Assembly (NCBI GenBank): GCA_963674865.2
Contig: CAXXYE010000004.1
Span: 64,001-128,000 of the forward strand
Direction of reading: 5' to 3'
DNA from: Candidatus Hydrogenedentota bacterium
GTDB lineage: Bacteria; Hydrogenedentota; Hydrogenedentia; Hydrogenedentales; SLHB01
Length of the DNA: 64,000 bases
Under the pieces are notes generated by a model. It worked only from the letters and a program-made list of their open reading frames with translations. It was not told the origin of the DNA and did not search any database. The first letter of the stretch is position 1. Each line of letters starts with the position of its first letter. A program made the translations under genes and the position numbers. Shown here in pieces: positions 37,469 through 46,776 of the stretch.

Positions 37469-39847
37469 ATGGCATCTGCTAAGCCTTCCGGCTGTGACCA
37501 CGCGAACGCGTTCATTGGGCCTCTCGATTTCCTGGGCCGGCACGACCTGATTTGGGAAGTGCCGCCGGCACGTTGGCTCGAGGGCATTCCCCTGGCGAAT
37601 GGCGATATCGGCGCTCTTATGTGGGGCGATGGCTCCCCGCTCAGGTTCACGCTCGACAAGTACGACGCGTGGGAGTGCCGTGAGAAGTCCTTCGGGGATG
37701 AGACGTACCAAGACTTGCGAAGGATGATCGAGGAGGGCCGAAACAAGGAGGCCGAGGAGCTTCTCTACGTCTACCGGATCTATGCCGAAGGGCCGCACCC
37801 GACGCGGCTGCCCATGCCGCGTTTCGAGATCGACTTTGTCCGGCCCTTCATCTGGGAAAGCGGCCGGCTGCGGCTGGCAGACGCCACCGTTGACATCACA
37901 GGAAGCATGGACGGTGATCCCGTGCGCCTTCAGGCGTTGGTACATGCGAATGCCAACGCCCTGCTCATCCATTTGGACGGGGCGGCGGCGAAAGAGGCCC
38001 GCCTGCGGGTGGGCTGGGATCACCTGAGCGACGACGCGAAGGAAAAACTGCGCGACTGGGATTATCCCGAGCCTGTTGTTACCGCGGAGGCAGACTCCGG
38101 CACGTGGTATCTTGAGACGCCCGCGGGCTATGAGGTCGCCGTGGCATGGGCGCGCACCTTCCTCGACGACGGCCGGGGCTGCCTGATTCGCCTGGCGCTT
38201 CAGTCGACGGCCGACGCCCCGGAGCCGCTCGAGGCGGCCAAGCGCCTGTCCCGCGTGAGGACTAACTTCGATGGCGCATGCGGCGAGCATCGCGCGTGGT
38301 GGCATGCCTACTGGAAGCGCTCGCATCTGACGATTCCCGACACGCGACTCGAGGCCCTCTACTACGCGGAGATGTACAAGCTGGGCTGCTCGTCGCGCCC
38401 GGGGAAGATGCCTATCACATTGCAGGGACTCTGGACGCTTGACGGCGACTTGCCCCCGTGGTCGGGCGAGTACGGCCTCGACATGAACGTGCAGCAAGCC
38501 TATTGGCCCATCTACACCGGCAATCGGCTCGAACTCGGAGAACCTCTTTACCGCGTGTTCTCGGCTTGCATTCCGCGCTGGCGCGAGCAATGCCGCCAAT
38601 TCTTCGGATTCGACGGCCTCTGGAGCGGATGCTGCATGGGCCCCGGCGGCGAGCGCCTCTTCGGCTACTCCGGCATCGAGCTCTGGCCGGGCAACGCCGC
38701 CTGGCTTGCTCACCATTACTGGCTCCATTACCTCTACTCGCAGGATGAGGACTTCCTTGTCGATCAGGCGCTGCCCTTCATAGAACTCGCCTTTCTCGCA
38801 TACGCCAACCTGCTCGAATCGGACGAAGACGGCGTGCTGCACGTGCCACTGAGCACCTCGCCGGAGTGGGGGGAGGGGAGTGTCGATGCCTTCTGCAGAG
38901 ATCCGAATTGCGACCTCGCCCTGATCCGCTTCCTGGCCCGCGCGATTGTGCAGGCATACCAGACACTGGGCAGGCAAGGCCCCATCGGCGAGCGTGCCAA
39001 CGAGGTGCTGGACAAGCTCACGGACTACATGCGCGACGATAACCGCCTCCTCGTGAGCGCCGGTACGCCGCTTTCTCACTCCCACCGCCACCATTCCCAT
39101 CTGATGGCCATTCACCCCTTGGGAACGCTCACCCTCGACGGCAGCGAGGGTGAGCGCGACCTAATCCGGCGCTCCCTCCACGACATCCGCAAGAAGGGCA
39201 CCGGCGAATGGACGGGGTGGTCCTATCCCTGGATGTCCCTCATCGCCTCCCGCGCGGGACTAGGCAATATGGCCTGGCAGATGCTCGACGTCTACGCCAA
39301 CGGCTACATCACGCCGAACACTTTCCACATCAACGGCGACCCGCGCATCTTCGGGCTGTCGCTCTTCGAGTACGAGCCCATGACGCTCGAAGCAGGCTTC
39401 GGCGCGGCGGCCGCGATCATGGAGATGCTCATCCAGTCCTACAACGGGTGCATCCGCCTGTTTCCGTCCATTCCCGACAGGTGGCACTATGCCCACTTCG
39501 CTGGCTTGCGCGCCGAAGGCGCCTTTGTTGTCTCTGCAAGACTGGCCGCCGACGAGGTGCTTTTTGTCCGTGTCCGTTCCGAGGCGGGGAAGATCTGTCG
39601 CTTGAAGAACCCCTTTCAGGGCGGCCCCGCTGAGTTGGTGCGAGTGGCGCCTGGCTTTGAGCAAGCTGTTGAGAAGCCTCCGCGACTCGCCGGCGAAGTT
39701 CTCGAATTTGAGACGGAGACGGGCGCCGAGTATCTTGTGTACGCGGAGGGGCGGAGGCCGGCGGCGAACGAGATGGAGCCGCAGCCCTTCCCCGCGGAGG
39801 AGCGCTTCGTCAACTTCTACGGCAAGAAGCGCTTTAGTCGCTTCTGA
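37469..39847 (+). CDS. GH95-like glycoside hydrolase (alpha-L-fucosidase family)
   Basis: P.ANG..GAL, LQGLW, NVQ..YW, SPE, HRH.SHL, EML.QS, GLRAEG. Confidence 0.85.
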   Translation: MASAKPSGCDHANAFIGPLDFLGRHDLIWEVPPARWLEGIPLANGDIGALMWGDGSPLRFTLDKYDAWECREKSFGDETYQDLRRMIEEGRNKEAEELLYVYRIYAEGPHPTRLPMPRFEIDFVRPFIWESGRLRLADATVDITGSMDGDPVRLQALVHANANALLIHLDGAAAKEARLRVGWDHLSDDAKEKLRDWDYPEPVVTAEADSGTWYLETPAGYEVAVAWARTFLDDGRGCLIRLALQSTADAPEPLEAAKRLSRVRTNFDGACGEHRAWWHAYWKRSHLTIPDTRLEALYYAEMYKLGCSSRPGKMPITLQGLWTLDGDLPPWSGEYGLDMNVQQAYWPIYTGNRLELGEPLYRVFSACIPRWREQCRQFFGFDGLWSGCCMGPGGERLFGYSGIELWPGNAAWLAHHYWLHYLYSQDEDFLVDQALPFIELAFLAYANLLESDEDGVLHVPLSTSPEWGEGSVDAFCRDPNCDLALIRFLARAIVQAYQTLGRQGPIGERANEVLDKLTDYMRDDNRLLVSAGTPLSHSHRHHSHLMAIHPLGTLTLDGSEGERDLIRRSLHDIRKKGTGEWTGWSYPWMSLIASRAGLGNMAWQMLDVYANGYITPNTFHINGDPRIFGLSLFEYEPMTLEAGFGAAAAIMEMLIQSYNGCIRLFPSIPDRWHYAHFAGLRAEGAFVVSARLAADEVLFVRVRSEAGKICRLKNPFQGGPAELVRVAPGFEQAVEKPPRLAGEVLEFETETGAEYLVYAEGRRPAANEMEPQPFPAEERFVNFYGKKRFSRF

Positions 39848-40003
39848 GGTGCGGCGACGGCGGCTTTGCGCTGGTGCGCCCGCCCTCGTTTGTGCTGAAC
39901 CAAGAGAAAGTCGGGAAAGAGTGAAGGATGGGAGTTGCGCAGGTCTAGGCCGCGCCCGTTACCGCTTTTCGCAGTCTCAAGCCTATTTCCAAGGAGATCG
40001 ATC

Positions 40004-41452
40004 ATGCTTCTGAGGACAAGTCTGGTTTCGGCGTTGTTCATCATGATGGCGTTTGCTGGCTGTGCCCGCTTCGGCGGCCCGGGGCCGGTGCGCGGGGAAT
40101 CCCTCCTAGAGCCGGACGGCATGATCCGTATTGACGGGCAGCGCTCCTTCATCATCGGGCTCTACGAGAATCCGAAGGATGATGCCAAATTGAAGGAGGC
40201 GGTCCAGGCGGGATTCAACCTTGTGCGATGCGCCCAAGACAAGGACGCGCTCGACCGCGTCGCCGCGGCGGGGGCGCGGGCCTGGGCCAATACGGGGAGC
40301 AGGATTGATCTAAGCCAAGATCAAGAGGGGCGGATTGAAGCGCTGAGCGAAATGGCGGCGAAAACGGGGCACCACCCGGCCCTGCTGGTTTGGGAGGTGC
40401 CGGATGAGGCCCTATGGAACTGCTGGTACAGGCCCTACAGCTATCGCCTAGGCAAGGAGCGGGAGAAACTGGAGGCGCGTATCGAGGCGCTGGAGGATTC
40501 GTCACTGGCCGCGGACCTCACCGAGGAATTGGAGCGCGCCCAAGCGCTTTTCAAGGACGGCTACTACGGCGAAGCAGAGCGTTTGGCGGATGACTTGTGT
40601 CTAAAGCTCGGCGAACAGCCTAACGACGACATGAAACTGACGACGGCGCCGGAGCGCGCCGCCGCGATGGCCGAAGGTATGCTTCACGGCTATCAACTGC
40701 TCACAGAGATCGACCCCGTCCATCCCATCTGGATGAATCATGCCCCGCGCAATCCCATTCCCCAATTGGCCGCCTTCAACCGCGCCGCCGACATTGTGGG
40801 ATGCGACATCTACCCGGTTCCTTCGCGCGAAACGGGCCATCCCGACATCGCCAATCGCTCGCTGGCTTCCGTCGGCGCCTACACGCGCATTATGGCCGCC
40901 GCGGCTCCCGGAAAACCCGTCTGGATGGTGCTCCAGGGCTGCGGGTGGGCTGACATCGGCGCGGGGAAAGAGGTGAACGGCGAAGAGACGCGGCTCCGGC
41001 CCGACTTCGAGGAGTCCCGCTTCATGGCCTACGACGCCATCGTCAACGGCGCTCGGGGCATCTTGTATTGGGGCACGTCCTATGTCGAAAAGGACTCCGA
41101 ATTCTGGTACGACCTCATGAAGGTGGCAAAAGAGCTGGACGAACTCCAGCCCATCCTTAGCGCACCCGACGCCAAACTCGACCTTGACGTCTCCTACGCC
41201 GAAACCATGAGCTCCCTCGACCTCGGCGTAAAGATCCTGGCCAAGGAGACAGATGATAAGCCTTGGCTGCTGGTTGCCAACGAACAGGCGTGGCCGCTCA
41301 CGTTCACCATTCACGGCCTGAAGTCGCTTGAGGGCACCGTCTACACCGACGCCGCTACAGGCCGCGGCGGGGCGGTGACGAAGGGCACATTGACGCTCAC
41401 GATCCCCGGCCAGCGCGTCCATGTGCTTGCGCCTTCCGAGACGGGGGAATAG
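40004..41452 (+). CDS. Lipoprotein with probable glycoside-hydrolase-like TIM barrel
   Basis: RBS AAGGAG, lipobox FAGC, W..PDE, DIYPV, PVWMVLQ, GARGI.YW. Confidence 0.6.
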   Translation: MLLRTSLVSALFIMMAFAGCARFGGPGPVRGESLLEPDGMIRIDGQRSFIIGLYENPKDDAKLKEAVQAGFNLVRCAQDKDALDRVAAAGARAWANTGSRIDLSQDQEGRIEALSEMAAKTGHHPALLVWEVPDEALWNCWYRPYSYRLGKEREKLEARIEALEDSSLAADLTEELERAQALFKDGYYGEAERLADDLCLKLGEQPNDDMKLTTAPERAAAMAEGMLHGYQLLTEIDPVHPIWMNHAPRNPIPQLAAFNRAADIVGCDIYPVPSRETGHPDIANRSLASVGAYTRIMAAAAPGKPVWMVLQGCGWADIGAGKEVNGEETRLRPDFEESRFMAYDAIVNGARGILYWGTSYVEKDSEFWYDLMKVAKELDELQPILSAPDAKLDLDVSYAETMSSLDLGVKILAKETDDKPWLLVANEQAWPLTFTIHGLKSLEGTVYTDAATGRGGAVTKGTLTLTIPGQRVHVLAPSETGE

Positions 41453-41457
41453 CGGGA

Positions 41458-42822
41458 GTGGCCGGCGTCCTTCACGAAGGCCCGCGCGATGTCCCGATTG
41501 TGCACGAGTGCGATCTGTGCGTTATCGGCGGAAGTTGTACCGGCGTGTTCGCCGCCGTAAGGGCCGCTCGTCTGGGCGCGCGAGTTGCCGTTGTGGAGAA
41601 CAATGGCTTTTTTGGAGGCGTGGCCACAGCGGGCTTGGTGAATGTCTGGCACTCCCTCCGTGATACCGCCAAAGAGATCCAGATCATTGGTGGGCTCACG
41701 GCCGAAGTCATTGAACGTCTTGTGCGGCGGGACGCCGCCATCATCGCGGGCGATACGCCGAGTCGCCATGTTGTGCTCAACAGCGCGGAGCTCGCCATCG
41801 AGTTGGACGCGTTGGTGGATGAGTGCCCCGCGATTCGGCCCTTTCTGCACGCCCGTTTCGTTGCGCCCCTCGTCGAGGATGGCCGCGTAACGCATGCCAT
41901 CATCGAGGACAAGTCCGGCAGGCGCGCCATTCGCGCCGCGTACTTCATCGACGCCAGCGGCGACGGCGATTTGCTGGTGCGCGCGGGATTCCCCTTCAAC
42001 AAGTACTCGGCAATGCAGCCCCCATCCACGTGCGCCGTTTTTCAGGGCCTGGACGATGTCAAGCGACAAACTCCTGGATTTGATCTGGGCAAGGCCGTCT
42101 TCGATCCCCAGCGCCCCAACAGCCTTCCCAGTGGCTTCCTTTGGGGCGCGGAAGTGCCCGGCTGCCCCGGCCTACGGATGGTCGCGGGCACGCGCGTCCA
42201 CGGGGCCGACTGCGCTGACGCCGATGCGCTGACGCGCGCAGAAATGGAGGGACGTCGCCAAGTACGTGCCATGCGCGATATCGTGCGCGAGAACTTCCCG
42301 GGCGGTGAGGCCTTCTCCCTCGTCGCCGTCCCATCCCATATCGGCGTGCGCGAGACACGCCATGCGGTGTGCCGTCATCGCCTTACGGAGGAGGAGGTGC
42401 TGGAGGGTGTGCGTTTCCCCGACGCCATCGCAAACGGCAGCTACCGCGTGGATATCCATCACGCGGATCGAGGCGGCCTAACCTTCCGCTATCTTGACGG
42501 CACCGAGGAATGTGTTGTTCCAGGCAAGCCTACGGAAAGGGGGCGATGGCGGGAAGCGCGGGAGGTGAATCCTACCTACTACCAAGTACCCTATCGCAGT
42601 CTCATACCGGAAGGCGCAAAGAACCTCCTCGTGGCAGGAAGGCTGATCGATGCGGACACCGGCGCCTTCGGGGCGTCCCGCGTCATGGTGAACTGCAATC
42701 AATCCGGCGAAGCCGCGGGAATGGCGTGCGCCTTGGCCCTCGAGCACGGTATAGACGTTTCCGATGTCGATCCTGCTGAACTGCGTGCCACACTGTCAGA
42801 GGGCGGCAGCGTCATCCTCTAA
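41458..42822 (+). CDS. FAD-dependent oxidoreductase
   Basis: VIGG...G..AA..AARLG, FIDASGDGD, GVRETR, YQVPYRSL.P, GEAAG. Confidence 0.9.
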   Translation: MAGVLHEGPRDVPIVHECDLCVIGGSCTGVFAAVRAARLGARVAVVENNGFFGGVATAGLVNVWHSLRDTAKEIQIIGGLTAEVIERLVRRDAAIIAGDTPSRHVVLNSAELAIELDALVDECPAIRPFLHARFVAPLVEDGRVTHAIIEDKSGRRAIRAAYFIDASGDGDLLVRAGFPFNKYSAMQPPSTCAVFQGLDDVKRQTPGFDLGKAVFDPQRPNSLPSGFLWGAEVPGCPGLRMVAGTRVHGADCADADALTRAEMEGRRQVRAMRDIVRENFPGGEAFSLVAVPSHIGVRETRHAVCRHRLTEEEVLEGVRFPDAIANGSYRVDIHHADRGGLTFRYLDGTEECVVPGKPTERGRWREAREVNPTYYQVPYRSLIPEGAKNLLVAGRLIDADTGAFGASRVMVNCNQSGEAAGMACALALEHGIDVSDVDPAELRATLSEGGSVIL

Positions 42823-42847
42823 TCATTGCGTGGGTTTGCCGCGAGGG

Positions 42848-44161
42848 CTATTCAGCCGCGCCTGAGTCCTGCTTGTCATTAACAAAACCGTGGCGCGCCA
42901 TTTTCCCCCGAATACGCTCCAGCCGGTGCCGGAAGTCCTGGGCGTAACCTTCGTCGAAGTCGAGCGCTCGGCCCAGAGAGGCGCGTGTTTCAAGTAGTTC
43001 GAGCGTTTCTACGCAGAGGCGCTCGGCCGCGCCGAACTCGCGCGCTCGATGCTCGAGATATTTCGCCAGTTCAAAGCGCGGCTGGATGGCCCTGGGATGT
43101 TCATCGAGTAGGAGCCGCCAAGTGTCCGCCATCCGCGGCCAATCCTTGAGCCGCTTGAGGGCCAGGCCCATCAGCCGCAGGCACTCCTCGCGGATGTAGT
43201 CCTGCGTCTCGGATTCCAGTAGGCGCTCCCCGTGCGATACCACTTCCGGGAAGCGCTTCTCACGGAAATGAAGGCGCACAAGCGATAGCCGATCCTCATC
43301 ATGCTCGAATCCAAGCCCTTCGGGCGTTTCCAGACACTGCGATAGCCAGCCGGCCAAGGCCACGAGCGACAGGATGTCCATCTGGTGATGGTAGAACACC
43401 TTCTTCAGCAGGCCCGCGTCGCGTGAATAGAGGTAGTCCAGCCAGATCTGCGGGATCTCCGCGCTCGGTATGTCCCCGTGCCTCTCGACGCCCAGTACCG
43501 TCCGCTCGACGTTTCCCAGACTGCAATCGCGAAGGCGGAGCTTGTAGAACCGGCGCGCCGCGTGAACCAGATCGAAGTGCATCGCGCTGTCTAGACGAAA
43601 CCGCGCGCGATTTGTGATGAATCGCGTCCGGAGCAGCGGTACGTCGAAGCTCTTTCCGTTGTAGCTCACGACGGTTTCGGAACGCGCGAAGAGGCGATCG
43701 AGATACTGAAGCATGGCCTCTTCCTCATCGTAATCGCGCATGAAGCACTGCTCGAGGCGGAACACGTCCCCCTCGAAGTAGCCCGCCCCTACCAGGAAGG
43801 CCACCGTGCCCGTTCCGCCCGCCAGGCCCGTCGTCTCCGTGTCCATGAAGAGCGTCGTTCTGGGATCAAAGGCCGCCAACTCCGCGTCTGCGGCAGATAT
43901 CGCAATGTACTCAGGAATCGAATCGAGCGCCCTCCCGAGCGGGACGTGCCCCTGCAGTATGTCCAGCGGGAACTCCTGCTTTACCAAATAGAAGTTGCCT
44001 CGCTCATTCGTGACGACCTCCCCCGGCACGAGCCTATCGATTTCGAATTCGCCCGCCGTGCGGCGCTCGGAACGCTCCTCCGCCTGCCGTTGCCATTCCG
44101 CGCCCGTCATTATCCCCTTATTCGCGAGGAGGGCTTTGAGCCTATCACTGACTTGCGACAA
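42848..44161 (-). CDS. YprB/MrfB-like DEDD exonuclease with C-terminal TPR
   Basis: FMDTETTGL, YNGKSFD.P, HFDL.H, L..VE, H..D..SL; near the MrfA-like helicase. Confidence 0.88.
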   Translation of the reverse strand: MSQVSDRLKALLANKGIMTGAEWQRQAEERSERRTAGEFEIDRLVPGEVVTNERGNFYLVKQEFPLDILQGHVPLGRALDSIPEYIAISAADAELAAFDPRTTLFMDTETTGLAGGTGTVAFLVGAGYFEGDVFRLEQCFMRDYDEEEAMLQYLDRLFARSETVVSYNGKSFDVPLLRTRFITNRARFRLDSAMHFDLVHAARRFYKLRLRDCSLGNVERTVLGVERHGDIPSAEIPQIWLDYLYSRDAGLLKKVFYHHQMDILSLVALAGWLSQCLETPEGLGFEHDEDRLSLVRLHFREKRFPEVVSHGERLLESETQDYIREECLRLMGLALKRLKDWPRMADTWRLLLDEHPRAIQPRFELAKYLEHRAREFGAAERLCVETLELLETRASLGRALDFDEGYAQDFRHRLERIRGKMARHGFVNDKQDSGAAE

Positions 44162-44230
44162 GATGTGCTGCCTCTATTGGCCTAGAGGGTTGTGGGCCGT
44201 GTTGATGCTAAACTCGCGATTGTCACTTCT

Positions 44231-45292
44231 TCAATCCCTGAAGGCGCTACCATGTTGGATGATGAGGTCCTTCTGATGCACATACGACCAGAACAGAATC
44301 ATGAACGTGAGAAGTGCATGTCTGCTGGCCGAGGCGAGCACCGGCCAGAATCTCGAGTCACGGATTCGAGCAAGAAACTCAGGCTTGTACCTGACAACTG
44401 AGGACATGTGAAAGAAGAGCAGCGCTATGGGAAGTTCCTCGGGGAGCAGGAGCTGCTTCCCAGAGACGGGAGTGAGGAGGAAATCAGAATGGGGCTGGTA
44501 GATCAAGTATGTCCGAAGCTGTCTTCTGATCTCGTCCTCTGACTGGCTCAGATCGCCTACTAAGCGTGCCTTAAGAGGTCGAATCGGATCTCCCAAGAAC
44601 TCGTTCTTGTTCCGCCGTTGGAAGTTCTTTAGAACCTTCAACTTACTTTTGCCCACTGTCGTCGACTTGTCCAGCGTTTGTACCTTGGCGCGTGGAACAT
44701 CCTTGCCATTCTTCGGATTTGTTATGACATCAAGAGAAATGGCGGCAAGTTGCGGGTGGCGTCCTGTTGCAAGCTCATATTCTATGCCAATATTCCTAAT
44801 GTAAGGATAGACTTCGCCCATCTTGATCGTTTGCTGCTTCACAAGGGCTTGCCCGGTTATCGTTTTGTAGAACAAAGGCAGGGCGCCGCCTTTTTTCACT
44901 TCTATTGACTCTGTCAGGACGCTTTGGCTCTTCTTGCTGTATCCTTTGTAGACGGCACCGTGGTGGCGGTTCCTAGCCAGTTCGTTGTGAAACGGGCCCA
45001 GGAGGATATAGATCTTCATGAAATCCAGGATCGCGTAGTACGCTGGTAAGAAGGATACTTCCGTAGAGCCCGTCAAGCTTAGATCGATAAGGTCCAGGGC
45101 GGTCTTGACGTGCGAGACGATCTCTTTTGCACGCTCCTTGCCCGTGCCTTTGGCGACCCCGTGGTACCGAGTCATCACATCGAGAACATACTGCGTGGAA
45201 CTCAGGTATTGGATCAGGGTGAGCACGTCATGGATGGGGTCTAGGTCGGAACAAATGACGTGGTCGTCTTTGTATCTTCCGATGCTCTTCAT
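44231..45292 (-). CDS. YaaC-like protein
   Basis: FL..YY, HG, and C-terminal MSSVVRYKP motifs; visibly AT-richer and Lys-rich relative to neighbours. Confidence 0.6.
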   Translation of the reverse strand: MKSIGRYKDDHVICSDLDPIHDVLTLIQYLSSTQYVLDVMTRYHGVAKGTGKERAKEIVSHVKTALDLIDLSLTGSTEVSFLPAYYAILDFMKIYILLGPFHNELARNRHHGAVYKGYSKKSQSVLTESIEVKKGGALPLFYKTITGQALVKQQTIKMGEVYPYIRNIGIEYELATGRHPQLAAISLDVITNPKNGKDVPRAKVQTLDKSTTVGKSKLKVLKNFQRRNKNEFLGDPIRPLKARLVGDLSQSEDEIRRQLRTYLIYQPHSDFLLTPVSGKQLLLPEELPIALLFFHMSSVVRYKPEFLARIRDSRFWPVLASASRHALLTFMILFWSYVHQKDLIIQHGSAFRD

Positions 45293-45459
45293 TCTGTTTG
45301 GGCCTTCCTTGGGCCTGCCATGTTATGGGTTGTCCTTGCGGGATCTCGCCTGGCTGAATGGGACAAACATCTTGTTGAAGGTGAGCGTTCTGCCTCAGTT
45401 AGGCTAGCACCGTGTCTTGCCGCTGATCGAGAGTATGTCCAGTTGCCCTTTCTTCACCT

Positions 45460-45548
45460 AGCCCCGTTAGGGGCGGTATGTTCTAGCCCACGGCGTGAGC
45501 CGTGGGAAAATGCCCCATCCCAACGGTAAGCCCCGTCAGGGGCGACAT
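45460..45548 (+). repeat. REP-like triple-hairpin unit 1 (downstream flank of tnpA)
   Basis: AGCCCCGTTAGGGGC..CCCACGGC-GTGA-GCCGTGGG..AGCCCCGTCAGGGGCGACAT. Confidence 0.85.
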
Positions 45549-45559
45549 AAAACGTGTGG

Positions 45560-46012
45560 TTACGCCCAAAGCTCTGTCCGGTCATAGGAGACTCCATGTT
45601 TCTCCAATAACGCGACCAACTCCTCCTCGAAGGACTGTACGCGATGGTGTTCGTCTTGGCTCTCGATGTATCGAGCGACCGCGCGCGAGCTGGATTGGCT
45701 TACGCTGAATGCCCCATACCCACTCTGCCACGCGAAGGCGTACTGGTTAGGCCATTTGGCGTGGATCCATTTCGAGGAATTCGCCTTCACCAGACGAACA
45801 ATTTCGGCAATAGAACGCGATGGAGGTGAGAGAATCAGCAAATGAACGTGGTCCGCTGTCCCGCCGATCTTTAAGCCCGAGCAATCACATTGACGCAGGA
45901 TGCCTCCGAGGTAGGGGTAGAGTTCCTGCCTGACCGCAGTGGCGATAAAGGGGCGCCGTTCTTTGGTGCCGAACACCACGTGCGTGAGGAGCTTCGTGAA
46001 CCGATGCGACAT
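45560..46012 (-). CDS. tnpA: IS200/IS605-family HUH Y1 tyrosine transposase (REP-associated type)
   Basis: HVVF.TK.R, DHVHLL (HUH), WQSGYGAFSVS, catalytic YI..Q..HH. Confidence 0.93.
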   Translation of the reverse strand: MSHRFTKLLTHVVFGTKERRPFIATAVRQELYPYLGGILRQCDCSGLKIGGTADHVHLLILSPPSRSIAEIVRLVKANSSKWIHAKWPNQYAFAWQSGYGAFSVSQSSSRAVARYIESQDEHHRVQSFEEELVALLEKHGVSYDRTELWA

Positions 46013-46015
46013 GTT

Positions 46016-46109
46016 ATGTCGCCCCTCCGGGGCTTATGTGGTTTAGGTTGGGGGCGTGTTCCCAGGGCTTGCGCCCTGGGCTAGAGTATGCCGCCCGCCG
46101 TGGCGGGCT
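46016..46109 (-). repeat. REP-like unit 2 (inverted; upstream flank of tnpA)
   Basis: Reverse complement AGCCCGCCACGGCGGGC..CCCAGGGC-GCAA-GCCCTGGG..AGCCCCGGAGGGGCGACAT. Confidence 0.85.
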
Positions 46110-46199
46110 CTCAATATGACTTGCGGTATTCGTGCGTGCGTGGTACGGAGTGGTCGGGGAGGGGACTTGGATCGCGCAACGGACACGTTCCGTTCGAGC

Positions 46200-46711
46200 G
46201 GCCCCATGAGAAGTGGCATGATTCGGCGGACGGCGCAAGCCGTGGGAGGATGCCTTATCCCGGGAACAGGCTGGGGTGGGGGCTATGTGAGAGGATATAC
46301 GGCGCAGGCTGTGGGGGCGCTCTGCATTCCGAAGTCGAGCGTCGCCGGGGGAGCGGCGCTTGGATTTGTTGTTCGTATTGCGGTCGGTGCACTGACATCG
46401 GGGGGCAGTAGCCCTGTTAGGGGCGGTATGGTTTAGCCCACGGCGTAAGCCGTGGGAAAGCGCCCCACCCCAACGATAAGCCCCATCGGGGGCGACATGA
46501 CAGAACAAGCAGGACGGGCCGTTGTAGGAGTACTCCTTGCCCGGAGGTCGGGCGTTTACGGGGGCGCGGTGTGTGTGCTTGGCGTTCGTGTTCCGGCCGC
46601 AGCATTGACCTGCCGGCGCGACAGCCCCGTCAGGGGCGAAATGCTCTAGCCCACGGCGCAAGCCGTGGGAACAGACCTGAGCCCAACGGTGAGCCCCGCG
46701 AGGGGCGACAT
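46200..46711 (+). repeat. Tandem array of REP-like units 3 (46200-46288, decayed), 4 (46410-46498) and 5 (46623-46711)
   Basis: 89-nt units at 210/213-bp spacing; the intervening spacers resemble each other. Confidence 0.8.
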
Positions 46712-46776
46712 GAGACGTGTGTCTATATTCAAGACTCTGTCTAATCACGATAGATATCCTGTGCTATAGCTTTTCC

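Larger units (their letters stand above)
45460..46711. mobile_element. tnpA with five REP-like palindromic units (REPtron-like element)
   Basis: Inverted units flank tnpA; three more direct copies at ~211-bp spacing. Confidence 0.7.

Noticed and set aside
37322..39115. 597-aa antisense ORF
   Set aside because: Shadow frame of the GH95-like gene in GC-rich DNA; the same applies to the other long antisense ORFs
45460..46711. CRISPR array interpretation
   Set aside because: Units are ~89 nt and variable, spacers are ~120 nt and similar to each other, orientation is mixed, and no cas genes are in the window
46014..46748. 244-aa minus-strand ORF with repeated SHGLRR motifs
   Set aside because: It is the translation of the palindromic repeat array; no protein-like features or RBS
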